The notes beneath the pieces are model-generated. The model ran no database searches and was not told the DNA's origin. It saw only the letters and a list, made by a program, of their open reading frames with translations. From Thermoanaerobaculia bacterium (GTDB taxonomy: Bacteria > Acidobacteriota > Thermoanaerobaculia > Gp7-AA8): 64,000 bases of DNA. Positions within the stretch are counted from its first letter, which is position 1, and the number at the start of each line of letters is the position of its first letter. Location of the stretch: the NCBI GenBank assembly GCA_038230535.1, contig JBBRNB010000006.1:10531-74530 (forward strand), read 5' to 3'. Made by a program: the position numbers and the translations under genes. Below, piece by piece: positions 1-8,391 of the stretch.

Positions 1-472
1 CAATGGCCGGCTCCACGGAGATCGTCTTGATGTTCGCGTCGCGCGAGACGAAGCGGCCGATCCAGGGATCCTGCCAGTTTGTGCGCAGTCCGAACGGAGT
101 GAACACACCGATGCCGGCCGTGAGGTTCGTGCCGATCGGTATGACGGCGTAGAAGTTGGGAGGCACGAAGGTGTGGCGCACGTAGTGGCCGGTGGCGCCG
201 CTGGTGAAGGCGTCCGTCGGGTCGCCGGTGAACTGGTTGCTGAAGTTGATGCCAGTACCGCCTGCGATTACCGTCATGCGGTGCTGCTGGGCGATGCCGG
301 CAACGTTGTAGAAGATGGCGCTCGGATCGTCCGCGGTTGCGGCGAAGGCGCCCCCCATGGCAGTTGCTTTGGCGCCCTGTTCGAAGAGCCCGAATCCGGC
401 TCCAAACGCCGTGCTGCTCACTACCAACAATGCTGCCGAAACCAATAGCCCGATTTTGTTGAAAGAACGCAA
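1..472 (-). CDS. FadL/OmpP1-family outer-membrane transport protein (partial; C-terminus lies beyond window start)
   Basis: Reverse-strand translation gives a signal peptide then GFGLFEQGAKATAMGGAFAATADDPSAIFYNVAG, typical of the FadL/TodX N-terminus. AGGAGG lies 7 nt upstream of a putative TTG start at 472-470. The ORF stays open to position 1. Confidence 0.55.
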   Translation of the reverse strand, partial: MRSFNKIGLLVSAALLVVSSTAFGAGFGLFEQGAKATAMGGAFAATADDPSAIFYNVAGIAQQHRMTVIAGGTGINFSNQFTGDPTDAFTSGATGHYVRHTFVPPNFYAVIPIGTNLTAGIGVFTPFGLRTNWQDPWIGRFVSRDANIKTISVEPAI

Positions 473-602
473 GCTGGACCTCCTAAAGTCACTCGAATTC
501 CGCTGGAAAGTAGGACCCCGGAAAACCGCCGGATCATAGCACAGGCATATCTCCACAACTTCTCTGTCGAGAGTGATTTCGCTCAGCGCGTCGGGACAAA
601 AG

Positions 603-1274
603 CTACCGGTACACTACGCAGCCGTTCGCTTCCAACTGTGCGGCCGTCGCCACCGGCATCGAGAAAGTCGTGATCCATCTCAGGTCGAGCTTTTCGAGCC
701 GGGGAAGATCCAGCAGGCTTGACGGCAGATCGGTAATAGGGTTACCGCGAAGGTCGAGTTGTCGAAGAGTCCGCAGCCGTCCGATCGATTCCGGAAGGGT
801 AATGAGATTGTTGTTCCTCAGATGCAGTTCCCGCAAGCTCGAGAGCGAGCCAATGCAGTCCGGCAGGGATCCGAGCTCGTTGTCCGAGGCGCGAAGCTCG
901 ATCAGGCCGGTCATCCTGCAGATCGCCGCAGGCAATGCTGTGAATTCGTTCTCGCTGAGGTTGAGATAGCGCAGCCGGGTCAGGTTTCCCAGGGAGTCGG
1001 GCAAGGTCGCGAGCTCGTTGTCGTGCAGGTAGAGAAAGTCGGTGAGGTTCACGAGGCCGCTGATCGTTTCAGGCACGGACGTCAGCTCGTTGTGTCCGAG
1101 GTCGAGCATGCGGAGCCGGGTAAGCGCTGTGAGCCTGGGAGAAACGACAGTCAGTCCGTTGTCTGCCAGTACCAATGTCTCGAGATCGTGCAGACCCCAG
1201 ACGTAATCAGGAACGGTGCCGAGTCGCTGCTTCCAGAGACTCAGATGCCTGATCGGTTCGTCCTGACCGCTCAC
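603..1274 (-). CDS. leucine-rich repeat (LRR) protein
   Basis: Repeated LxxLxLxxNxLxxLP units ([26 protein letters not shown] etc.). The GTG start overlaps the gatB stop (GTGA). Confidence 0.75.
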   Translation of the reverse strand: MSGQDEPIRHLSLWKQRLGTVPDYVWGLHDLETLVLADNGLTVVSPRLTALTRLRMLDLGHNELTSVPETISGLVNLTDFLYLHDNELATLPDSLGNLTRLRYLNLSENEFTALPAAICRMTGLIELRASDNELGSLPDCIGSLSSLRELHLRNNNLITLPESIGRLRTLRQLDLRGNPITDLPSSLLDLPRLEKLDLRWITTFSMPVATAAQLEANGCVVYR

Positions 1275-2668
1275 GATCCGAGCAACTCCCGGAGAACCTC
1301 ATTCGCCAACTCCGCTTTTGCTTTGCCACTCGTCTCTTTCATCAGTTGACCGACCAGAAATCCGAAGAGCTGCGCTTTGCCGGCACGGTACTGCCCGACC
1401 TGCACGGCATTGCGCTCGATCACGCGCCGCGCCGCTTCACGGATGACCTCGGGGTCGCTGATCTGCGACAGCCCTTTGCGTTCGACGATCTGCTCGGGCG
1501 CTTCACCGCTCACGGACATGTCGTCGAAGACTTCCCTGGCAGACTTGCCGCCGATGGCGCCGCTGTCGATGAGGCGGATCAGCCGTCCGAGCATGCCGGG
1601 GGTCACGCGATAGCCGCTGATGCCGGCCTTTTGCTCGTTGAGAACGCGCAGCACGTCGTTGCGCACCCAGTTCGCCGCGGCGCGAGGGTTGCCGCTGGCA
1701 TCAGCGACAGCTTCGAAGTATTCGGCGAGCTGCCTCGACGTGACGAGCGCCTCGGCGTCGACGGCGCTGAGGGCGAAGTCGCGCTGGTAGCGCTCCGCGC
1801 GGAGCTGTGGCAGCTCAGGGACGGAGCGTGCGATCTCGTCGATCCACGCTCGTTCGACAACGAGCGGCGGCAGGTCGGGATCGGGGAAGTAGCGGTAGTC
1901 GTGTGCCTCTTCCTTCGAGCGCATCGGACGCGTTTCACCCGAGGCCGGATCGTACAACCGCGTCTCCTGAGTGATCGCGCCGCCCGATTCGAGTACACCG
2001 GTCTGACGTGCGATCTCGAAGTCGATGGCGCTGCGAAGGTAACGGAAGGAGTTGAGGTTCTTGATCTCCGTGCGCGTCCCGAGCTCAGCTCCCGGCTGCC
2101 GCACGGACACGTTGGCATCGCAGCGCAGAGAGCCTTCCTCCATGTTGCCGTCGCAGACGCCGGTATACATGAGGATCTGCCTCAGACGCGTGAGGTACGC
2201 ATCCGCCTCTTCAGCGGAGCGGATGTCGGGCTCGGAGACGATCTCGACGAGCGGTGTCCCGGCGCGGTTGAGATCGACGTGCGAAACCTCGCCGTGATGG
2301 ATCGACTTCCCCGCGTCTTCCTCCATGTGGATGCGCAGGATGCGTACACGGCCAATGCTTCCTCCCGTCGCGAGCGGCCGGTCGAATTGCGAGATCTGAT
2401 ATCCCTTGGGCAGGTCTGGGTAGAAGTAGTTCTTCCGCGCGAAAACGGATCGTTCGTGGACGGTGCATCCCGAGGCGATCGCGGCGCGGATGGCCAGCTC
2501 TACAGCCCGCCGGTTCAGCACCGGTAATGCTCCCGGATATCCGAGACAGACAGGGCAGACCTGCGTGTTCGGTGGCGCACCAAAGGAGGTGGAACAGCCG
2601 CAGAAGATCTTCGTGGCGGTGGAGAGGTGCGCGTGGACTTCGAGGCCGATGACTGCTTCCCGCGACAT
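1271..2668 (-). CDS. gatB: aspartyl/glutamyl-tRNA(Asn/Gln) amidotransferase subunit B
   Basis: N-terminus [10 protein letters not shown]...KIFCGC...[19 protein letters not shown]...IHMEEDAGK and a C-terminal GatB/YqeY-like tail. ATG at 2668. Confidence 0.9.
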   Translation of the reverse strand: MSREAVIGLEVHAHLSTATKIFCGCSTSFGAPPNTQVCPVCLGYPGALPVLNRRAVELAIRAAIASGCTVHERSVFARKNYFYPDLPKGYQISQFDRPLATGGSIGRVRILRIHMEEDAGKSIHHGEVSHVDLNRAGTPLVEIVSEPDIRSAEEADAYLTRLRQILMYTGVCDGNMEEGSLRCDANVSVRQPGAELGTRTEIKNLNSFRYLRSAIDFEIARQTGVLESGGAITQETRLYDPASGETRPMRSKEEAHDYRYFPDPDLPPLVVERAWIDEIARSVPELPQLRAERYQRDFALSAVDAEALVTSRQLAEYFEAVADASGNPRAAANWVRNDVLRVLNEQKAGISGYRVTPGMLGRLIRLIDSGAIGGKSAREVFDDMSVSGEAPEQIVERKGLSQISDPEVIREAARRVIERNAVQVGQYRAGKAQLFGFLVGQLMKETSGKAKAELANEVLRELLGS

Positions 2669-2685
2669 TTCCTCGATTATGACAT

Positions 2686-2790
2686 TGGGAGTAGGGAGTG
2701 GGGAGTGGGGAGTGGAGTGGGGGGTGGGGGGTGGTGGGGGAGGTTCTGTTATTTCCTTTACGACCCCCTACCCCCCACTCCCCACCCCCG
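2686..2790. repeat. G-tract/C-tract palindrome (GGGAGTAGGGAGTGGGGAGTGG...GGTGGGGG / CCCCTACCCCCCACTCCCCACCCCC) in the divergent gatB/GGDEF promoter region
   Basis: Read directly: a run of GGGAGT-type units is followed by its reverse complement. The same motif family recurs at about 22275-22330, 35165-35245, 52462-52500 and 60515-60610. Confidence 0.65.
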
Positions 2791-2812
2791 GGCATACAAT
2801 CCCCGGCAACCC

Positions 2813-5074
2813 ATGTCCCGCGCGTTACTCCTTCGTATCTATATACTTACAGCAATCACGATAGCCGTCGGGGCGGTGATGTGGACCTTCAGCGTGGCGT
2901 CGTTGACAACTGCCGAGGCCTTGTTCTATGCGGGGCTGGTCGCGGTTGCGGCGTGGGTGCGCATCGAAGAGGGGACGCCCGGTTTCGAGGCGGCGGTCGT
3001 ATTCGCGGCCATTCTCATACTGCATGACCCATCGGTCGCATTGATCGCTGTGTTTGCCGGCAGCGCGGTGTACCACGTGGGTCACGATGCCGGCCGCCGC
3101 GTCTTCAGGCTCGATTCGTTGTCCCAGGCTGCAGAACAGGCGCTTTCGTACTACATCGTTGCGCTGCTGTACTCGTCGGCGGTGGCGAAGGATGCGCTGC
3201 CGATGGCGAAGGTCTCGGGCTACATCCTTCTCGTCGTCGGCTATCTCGTCGTGCACTTGCTTTTCACGGCGGTCAGGTATGCGCTCGGGGGACGCGGGGA
3301 CGCTCTCGACGTTCGCCGCATTCTGGCCGTCCAGGGTCAGATGCTGTTCGTGATGACGCCGGTCGTCGCGGCGGAGGTACTCTGCCACTCCCTTTATGGG
3401 ATGCCTGGTTTCGCGCTGGCCTTCCTGCCGGCGCTCGTGATCGCGTACGCGATGCGCAACGAGTCGGACGCGGCGCGGCAGAATGCGGAACTGGTCCGGC
3501 GCAACCGAGATTTGTCCATCCTCACGGAGAGCGCTTCGCAGATCCTTTCAGCCGAGGGCGATCAGGAGACGCTTCGGCGAATGGTGTCACTCCTCGGCCG
3601 GCTGGCCCGGCTGAAGGCGTGCGCGGTCGTGACGTGGGGACCGAACCCTGACACTCCGGCCACGGTCTATCGCCACGGAGCCTGTCAACCGGCCGACCAG
3701 GGGATTCTCGCCTGGGTCGAATCAGCCGGCTTCGCCGAGTCGGCTCCGAGCCGTGCCTTCATCTTTCACAACGATCAGCGGCGCTTCCCGTTGTCCGAGG
3801 GGAACGCCATCCAGGTACTGATCGGCATTCAGACGGTGGAGGTCATCTACGGAGTCCTCATCTACGAGACCGAAGAGCAGTCGATCCTGAAGAGCGGCAG
3901 CATCAATCTCCTGACGTTGCTGGCCAGTCAGACGGGGCTATCGCTTCAGGATCAATTGCTGCGGCGTGAGATGGAAGAGAAGAGGACGCAGCTCGAGGCG
4001 CAGGCGGCGACGAAGTCACTGATCCTCGAGGTCGCCCACGATCTCATCGGCTCGTTTGACGTCGACGCCATGCTGACACGCATCGCTCAGGCAATCAGCA
4101 CGGCGCTCGGTTTCGAGAAGGTGGTCTTCGCGCTCTACGACGTGAAACGTGCGGAGTTCACACGCCGCGCGCACGCCGGACTCGATGATGTTTGGGAGGA
4201 GATGAAAAAGAAGACCGTGGCTTCGAGCGAGATCACGCCATTCTTCGCGGGCGAGTTCAGCGTCTCGAACTCGTTCTTCATCTCGCACACCGTGCTGCAG
4301 CAGAGTGAGCACGGGTTCTTCGTCAGACATGATGACGATCTCCTGCGGCGCCCCGACGAGTGGCATGACAACGACAACCTGATCGTGCCGCTGGTCAGCG
4401 CGGAGGAGATGCTCGGCTACCTGTCCGTACGCGACCCGCATGACCGGCGCGTGCCGAATCTGGAGATGGTGCAGACGCTGGAGATCTTCGCGTTCCAGGC
4501 TGTGTCTGCGCTGCGGTCGGCGAGGCAGTACGATGAGATCCGCCGCCTTACCTTCATCGACGGGCTGACCACCGCGTTCAACCATCGCTACTTTCAGGAC
4601 GCGCTGGCGAAGGAGCTCAATCGCAGCGTGCGCACCAGCCGCCAGTTCGCGCTGGCCATGCTCGACATCGATAATTTCAAACGGATCAACGACACCTTCG
4701 GCCATCCTGCCGGCGACGAGATCCTCAAAGGACTGGTCGACGAAATGATGACGAACGCGCGCGACAGCGATGTCGTGGCACGCTACGGCGGTGAGGAGTT
4801 CGCCATCATCTTCGCCGACACACCAGCAGCGTCGGCGCGCGACGCGGCAAACCGGATGCGTGAGCTGATCGCCAGGCGCGAGCTCACAGTGACATCGATC
4901 GGACGGACGTTGCGAGTGACTGTGAGCATCGGTGTCGCCGTCTATCCCCACGACGGCGCAACGACGGCCGATCTGGTCGCCCGCGCCGATTCCGCTCTCT
5001 ACTACGCCAAGAAGAACGGCAGGAATCAGGTGGCGATGGCAGGGGAGTTGCCGGCGGAGAGTGCGCTGGCTTGA
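2813..5074 (+). CDS. membrane-anchored sensor diguanylate cyclase (N-terminal TM segments, GAF-like region, GGDEF domain)
   Basis: C-terminal RYGGEEFAIIF GG(D/E)EF motif and FNHRYF...LAMLDIDNFKRINDTFGH. Hydrophobic N-terminus. The start was moved to the ATG at 2813 (MSRALLLRIY) because the upstream part of the ORF only translates the G/C-tract repeat. Confidence 0.85.
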   Translation: MSRALLLRIYILTAITIAVGAVMWTFSVASLTTAEALFYAGLVAVAAWVRIEEGTPGFEAAVVFAAILILHDPSVALIAVFAGSAVYHVGHDAGRRVFRLDSLSQAAEQALSYYIVALLYSSAVAKDALPMAKVSGYILLVVGYLVVHLLFTAVRYALGGRGDALDVRRILAVQGQMLFVMTPVVAAEVLCHSLYGMPGFALAFLPALVIAYAMRNESDAARQNAELVRRNRDLSILTESASQILSAEGDQETLRRMVSLLGRLARLKACAVVTWGPNPDTPATVYRHGACQPADQGILAWVESAGFAESAPSRAFIFHNDQRRFPLSEGNAIQVLIGIQTVEVIYGVLIYETEEQSILKSGSINLLTLLASQTGLSLQDQLLRREMEEKRTQLEAQAATKSLILEVAHDLIGSFDVDAMLTRIAQAISTALGFEKVVFALYDVKRAEFTRRAHAGLDDVWEEMKKKTVASSEITPFFAGEFSVSNSFFISHTVLQQSEHGFFVRHDDDLLRRPDEWHDNDNLIVPLVSAEEMLGYLSVRDPHDRRVPNLEMVQTLEIFAFQAVSALRSARQYDEIRRLTFIDGLTTAFNHRYFQDALAKELNRSVRTSRQFALAMLDIDNFKRINDTFGHPAGDEILKGLVDEMMTNARDSDVVARYGGEEFAIIFADTPAASARDAANRMRELIARRELTVTSIGRTLRVTVSIGVAVYPHDGATTADLVARADSALYYAKKNGRNQVAMAGELPAESALA

Positions 5075-5129
5075 TCGCGCGATTGCAAACGCGCTCGGAG
5101 TGTTGCCGCGCTCAGGTCATAATCTCCGC

Positions 5130-6440
5130 ATGAAGCGAATCGCAATCCTCATCCTGCTCATCACCTCATCCGCCTTCGCCCAGTCGCTCGATCAGATGAT
5201 CGACCGCGAGATTCCATCGCTTCTCACGACGTACAAGCAGCTTCATGCCGCTCCCGAGCTATCGATGCAGGAGAAGAACAGCTCGGCGCTCGTTGCCGCG
5301 CGGCTGCGCGAGCTTGGTTACGATGTGACCTATCCGGTTGGCCAGTACAGCGAGCCGGGCGCGACCTGCTACGGTGTCGTCGCCATCATGAAGAATGGCA
5401 ACGGTCCGGCCGTTCTGGTTCGCAGCGACATGGATGCGCTGCCGGTGCTGGAGCAGACCGGTTTGCCGTACGCGAGCAGCGTCCGCGCGAAGAGTCCGTC
5501 CGGAGACGACGTACCGGTGATGCACGCCTGCGGACACGACATCCACATGACCACGCTCCTCGGAACAGCGAAGATGCTGGCTCAACTCAAGTCTCAGTGG
5601 CACGGAACGGTGATACTGATCGGCCAGCCAGCCGAGGAAGTGGTCAAAGGGGCGGAGGGGATGATGCGCGACCGGCTGTACGAGCGATTCCCGAAGCCTG
5701 ACTTCGTCATCGCTCTCCACGACAACGCCAACCTCCCTGCGGGGCAGATCGGCTACACATCCGGCTACTTCATGGCCAGCGGAGACTCGGTCAACGTGAC
5801 GATCCGCGGCATGGGAGGTCACGGCGCAGCGCCGCAGGCGACGAAGGATCCGGTAGTGATGGCGGCGCAGTTCATTAATGCGCTGCAGACGATCGTGAGC
5901 CGCGAAGACTCGCCGCTGGACCCGGTGGTCGTCACGGTCGGCTCGATCCACGGCGGGACGAAGCGAAACATCATTCCCGACGAGGTTCAGCTCTTGATGA
6001 CCGTTCGAACGTACAAGCCCGAGGTGCGCAAACGCGTGCTGGCGTCAATCGAACGGATCGCGCGCGGCGTGGCGATGGCGGCGGGCGTACCGGAGGATCG
6101 TGCCCCGATCTTCGAGCTGGTGCCGGGTGAATCAGTCGAAGCGACGTACAACGATCCGGCGCTGACCGAGCGCCTGGCCGCGGCGTTGACGCGCGGGATG
6201 GGCGCCGCGAATGTGATCCGTATCGATCCGCTCATGGTCAGCGAAGACTTCGGCCGTTTCTCCCCCGACCACAAGATCCCCCTCACCATGCTCAACCTCG
6301 GCGCCGTCGACCCCGCAAAGATCGCCAGCGGCCAGCGCCTCCCCTCACTTCACTCGTCCGGCTTCGCGCCCCTTCCCGACCCGACGCTGCGTGGAGGGAT
6401 CAAGGCGATGACGCTGGCGGTGATGGAGTTGTTGCATTAG
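5130..6440 (+). CDS. secreted M20D-family amidohydrolase (hippurate hydrolase/aminoacylase-like)
   Basis: Signal peptide MKRIAILILLITSSAFA. MHACGHDIHMTTLLGTAKML metal-binding motif of the M20/M20D peptidase family. ATG at 5130. Confidence 0.85.
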   Translation: MKRIAILILLITSSAFAQSLDQMIDREIPSLLTTYKQLHAAPELSMQEKNSSALVAARLRELGYDVTYPVGQYSEPGATCYGVVAIMKNGNGPAVLVRSDMDALPVLEQTGLPYASSVRAKSPSGDDVPVMHACGHDIHMTTLLGTAKMLAQLKSQWHGTVILIGQPAEEVVKGAEGMMRDRLYERFPKPDFVIALHDNANLPAGQIGYTSGYFMASGDSVNVTIRGMGGHGAAPQATKDPVVMAAQFINALQTIVSREDSPLDPVVVTVGSIHGGTKRNIIPDEVQLLMTVRTYKPEVRKRVLASIERIARGVAMAAGVPEDRAPIFELVPGESVEATYNDPALTERLAAALTRGMGAANVIRIDPLMVSEDFGRFSPDHKIPLTMLNLGAVDPAKIASGQRLPSLHSSGFAPLPDPTLRGGIKAMTLAVMELLH

Positions 6441-6940
6441 GGCACGCCTTCGGCGTGCGTTTTCTGCGCTGCGCGCGTTGTCGGCGTTGCACGCGTTTTC
6501 TGCGCTGCGCGCGTTTTCTGCGCTACGCGCGTTGTCGGTTGTCGGTTGTCTGCGGCCTGCGGGCCGCGTTGGCGCGTACGCTCTCGATCCTGGACAAACT
6601 CGATCAGGCCTTGCAGAGGGGCGGCGACACGGCGAATCGAACTTCGGAGCCGCCTCCACGTATCGTCGTCGATGTACTCGAGCCGGTGGGCGGCGATCAT
6701 CTGCGCCTGAACCTCGTACAACGACCCGCGCGCATGGCTGAGAAACTGCCGCCATTCACCGGGAGACAACCGTCCTTGTCCTTCTGCGATGTTGCTGACC
6801 ACCGACACAACTGCCCGCCGAAGCTGCTGCGTCAAACCGAATCGCTCGTCTCGCGGAAAGGCCTTGGTTGTCTTGTAGATAGCTACCATCAGATCGAGAG
6901 AGCGCTTGAATGTATCGAGATCTTCAAATGACCTGGTCAT
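6437..6940 (-). CDS. four-helix-bundle protein ('23S rRNA intervening-sequence protein' family), with a C-terminal tail encoded by the flanking repeat arm
   Basis: MTRSFEDLDTFKRSLDLMVAIYKTTKAFPRDERFGLTQQLRRAVVSVVSNIAEGQGR... matches the PF05635/TIGR02436-type family. ATG at 6940. The last roughly 45 aa (QPTTRVAQKTRAAQKTRA...) are a translation of the GCGCGAAGCGCAGACAAC repeat. Confidence 0.8.
   Translation of the reverse strand: MTRSFEDLDTFKRSLDLMVAIYKTTKAFPRDERFGLTQQLRRAVVSVVSNIAEGQGRLSPGEWRQFLSHARGSLYEVQAQMIAAHRLEYIDDDTWRRLRSSIRRVAAPLQGLIEFVQDRERTRQRGPQAADNRQPTTRVAQKTRAAQKTRATPTTRAAQKTHAEGVP
6442..6470 (+). terminator. putative Rho-independent terminator of the amidohydrolase gene
   Basis: GCACGCC-TTCG-GCGTGC stem-loop followed by GTTTTCT. 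Confidence 0.5.
6458..6557. repeat. left arm of inverted tandem-repeat element (units like CGCGTTGTCGG / TTCTGCGCTGCGCG)
   Basis: Tandem copies that are the reverse complement of the 7028-7155 arm. The same family occurs at 8275-8345 and 49586-49945. Confidence 0.75.
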
Positions 6941-7027
6941 CGCGTTTTGCGGTGCTACGGAGAGGAACGAGAGCGATCGAAAACGCAAGAGGCGACCTGC
7001 CGGTCACTCGGTGGGAACCAAATCATA

Positions 7028-7155
7028 CCATCCCACCGCCACTGACAACGCGCGAAACCGCAGACAACGCGCGAAGCGCAGACAACGCGTGAAGCCGCAG
7101 ACAACGCGCAAAGCGCAGACAACGCGTGAAGCCGCAGACAACGCGCAAAGCGCAG
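7028..7155. repeat. right arm of inverted tandem-repeat element (CGCAGACAACGCG(C/T)GAAGC x about 6)
   Basis: Roughly 22-bp units in tandem, complementary to 6458-6557. Together the arms bracket the IVS-protein gene. Confidence 0.8.
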
Positions 7156-8259
7156 CTATCTCACCCCCTCCGCCATCCTCATCACCTCGGCTTCCATCTC
7201 GGGACCGAATTCTGTCTTGATTTCGTTGATCCAGCCGGAGAGGAGCTCGTTGAGGATCTTGCGGATGACAGTGGGGTAGTCGCTGGTGCCGGAGGCGATG
7301 ACGTTGTTGAGGAGCTGGTCGAAGTCGAGGCGGGCTTCGTTCACCAGGTTCATGCCGGAGAGGTGGGGCGTGGTGCCGGCCGGAAGGTGGAAGATCAGGC
7401 GGTCCATGAAGTCGTAGATGTGATCGCCGATGCGCTGAAAGACCAGACTGAAGATCGATTCGTACATCCGGTTGTAGCGCTCGACGACTTCTTCCAGCTC
7501 GTACTCCGTCTCGGCCGCCGCGCGCTGTTCATTGACCGCGCTGCTTTCCGTTTCCGCGACCAGATTCACGCTGAGCAGCGCCCAGAGCGTACGGCAGGTG
7601 ACGAAGTTCGAGAAATAGCTGCGCGAGCAGACTTCCTCGACCGTGCCGGGCTCGGTGAGGAGGCTCAGTACATGGCTCTCTTCGTCCGTCAGCTCCAGAG
7701 AATAGGTCCGTGTGCCGGCGTCGGATACCTGCTGCAGAATGCGGTCGGGCCGCGCCAGACCGCGAATGATCAGCGACCAGAACTCGATGCTCTGTACTCC
7801 GTCGAGGATGAGGCGTTCGGTGTTCAGGGGCAGGGAGATGATCTCCGGCGGAAACTCGCTCGTGAACTCCATGCTGTAACTGCCGGTGCGGTAGCTGACG
7901 GCGTTGAGCACGATCGTGCTCACCTGGCGCTCCACGGCGCGCAACAGCTCGTCAGGCTGCAGGTAGCCAAGCTCGCAGAGCAGTGCGCCGATGCGCCGGG
8001 CCACGACGATCCGGTCCATGGCGAGGTTGTATTGATGAAGCGACAACTCGCCGCTGCGGAGCAGAATCTCGCCAAGCCCCATGTCCGGATCGGAGCTCGA
8101 CGCGAAGATGATCTTCCCCTCGTTGAAGTAGATGACATCGTTCCGGCCGATCGCTTCCAGCGACACGATGCCGGTCTCACCACTCCGAAGCAGCGTCCGG
8201 AAGAGATCCGGAACAGTCGTCTCCGCAAGGGTTCCCTGGATACTCAGACCGTCGGACAT
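7156..8259 (-). CDS. DUF4388 (PatA-like N-terminal domain) protein
   Basis: N-terminus GTLAETTVPDLFRTLLRSGETGIVSLE is the DUF4388 signature. ATG at 8259. Lies 132 bp downstream of the 8392-9684 gene on the same strand. Confidence 0.7.
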   Translation of the reverse strand: MSDGLSIQGTLAETTVPDLFRTLLRSGETGIVSLEAIGRNDVIYFNEGKIIFASSSDPDMGLGEILLRSGELSLHQYNLAMDRIVVARRIGALLCELGYLQPDELLRAVERQVSTIVLNAVSYRTGSYSMEFTSEFPPEIISLPLNTERLILDGVQSIEFWSLIIRGLARPDRILQQVSDAGTRTYSLELTDEESHVLSLLTEPGTVEEVCSRSYFSNFVTCRTLWALLSVNLVAETESSAVNEQRAAAETEYELEEVVERYNRMYESIFSLVFQRIGDHIYDFMDRLIFHLPAGTTPHLSGMNLVNEARLDFDQLLNNVIASGTSDYPTVIRKILNELLSGWINEIKTEFGPEMEAEVMRMAEGVR

Positions 8260-8274
8260 GGCGCGATTATATTG

Positions 8275-8345
8275 CGCTGGCGTATTGCGCTTCGCGCGTT
8301 ATCGGTTGCCGGTTGGTTGCGCGGCTGGGCGCCGCGCGGGCGGTT
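8275..8345. repeat. solo arm of the GCGCTTCGCGCGTT...GGTTGCCGGTTG repeat family
   Basis: TGCGCTTCGCGCGTTATCGGTTGCCGGTTGGTTGCGCGG resembles the arms at 6458-6557 and 49590-49730. Confidence 0.5.
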
Positions 8346-8391
8346 GGACTTTACGGTGCAGCTTCCCGGCAAGAGCCGAAGTTTCGCCGTC

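Noticed and set aside
1346-2527. 393-aa plus-strand ORF
   Set aside because: It is antisense to gatB, which has strong homology. This is a typical high-GC shadow ORF with no recognisable motif.
6455-6931. Plus-strand ORFs (158 aa, 87 aa) over the IVS-protein locus
   Set aside because: They are translations of the repeat arm (MRFLRCARCRRCTRFLRC...) and antisense to the four-helix-bundle gene.
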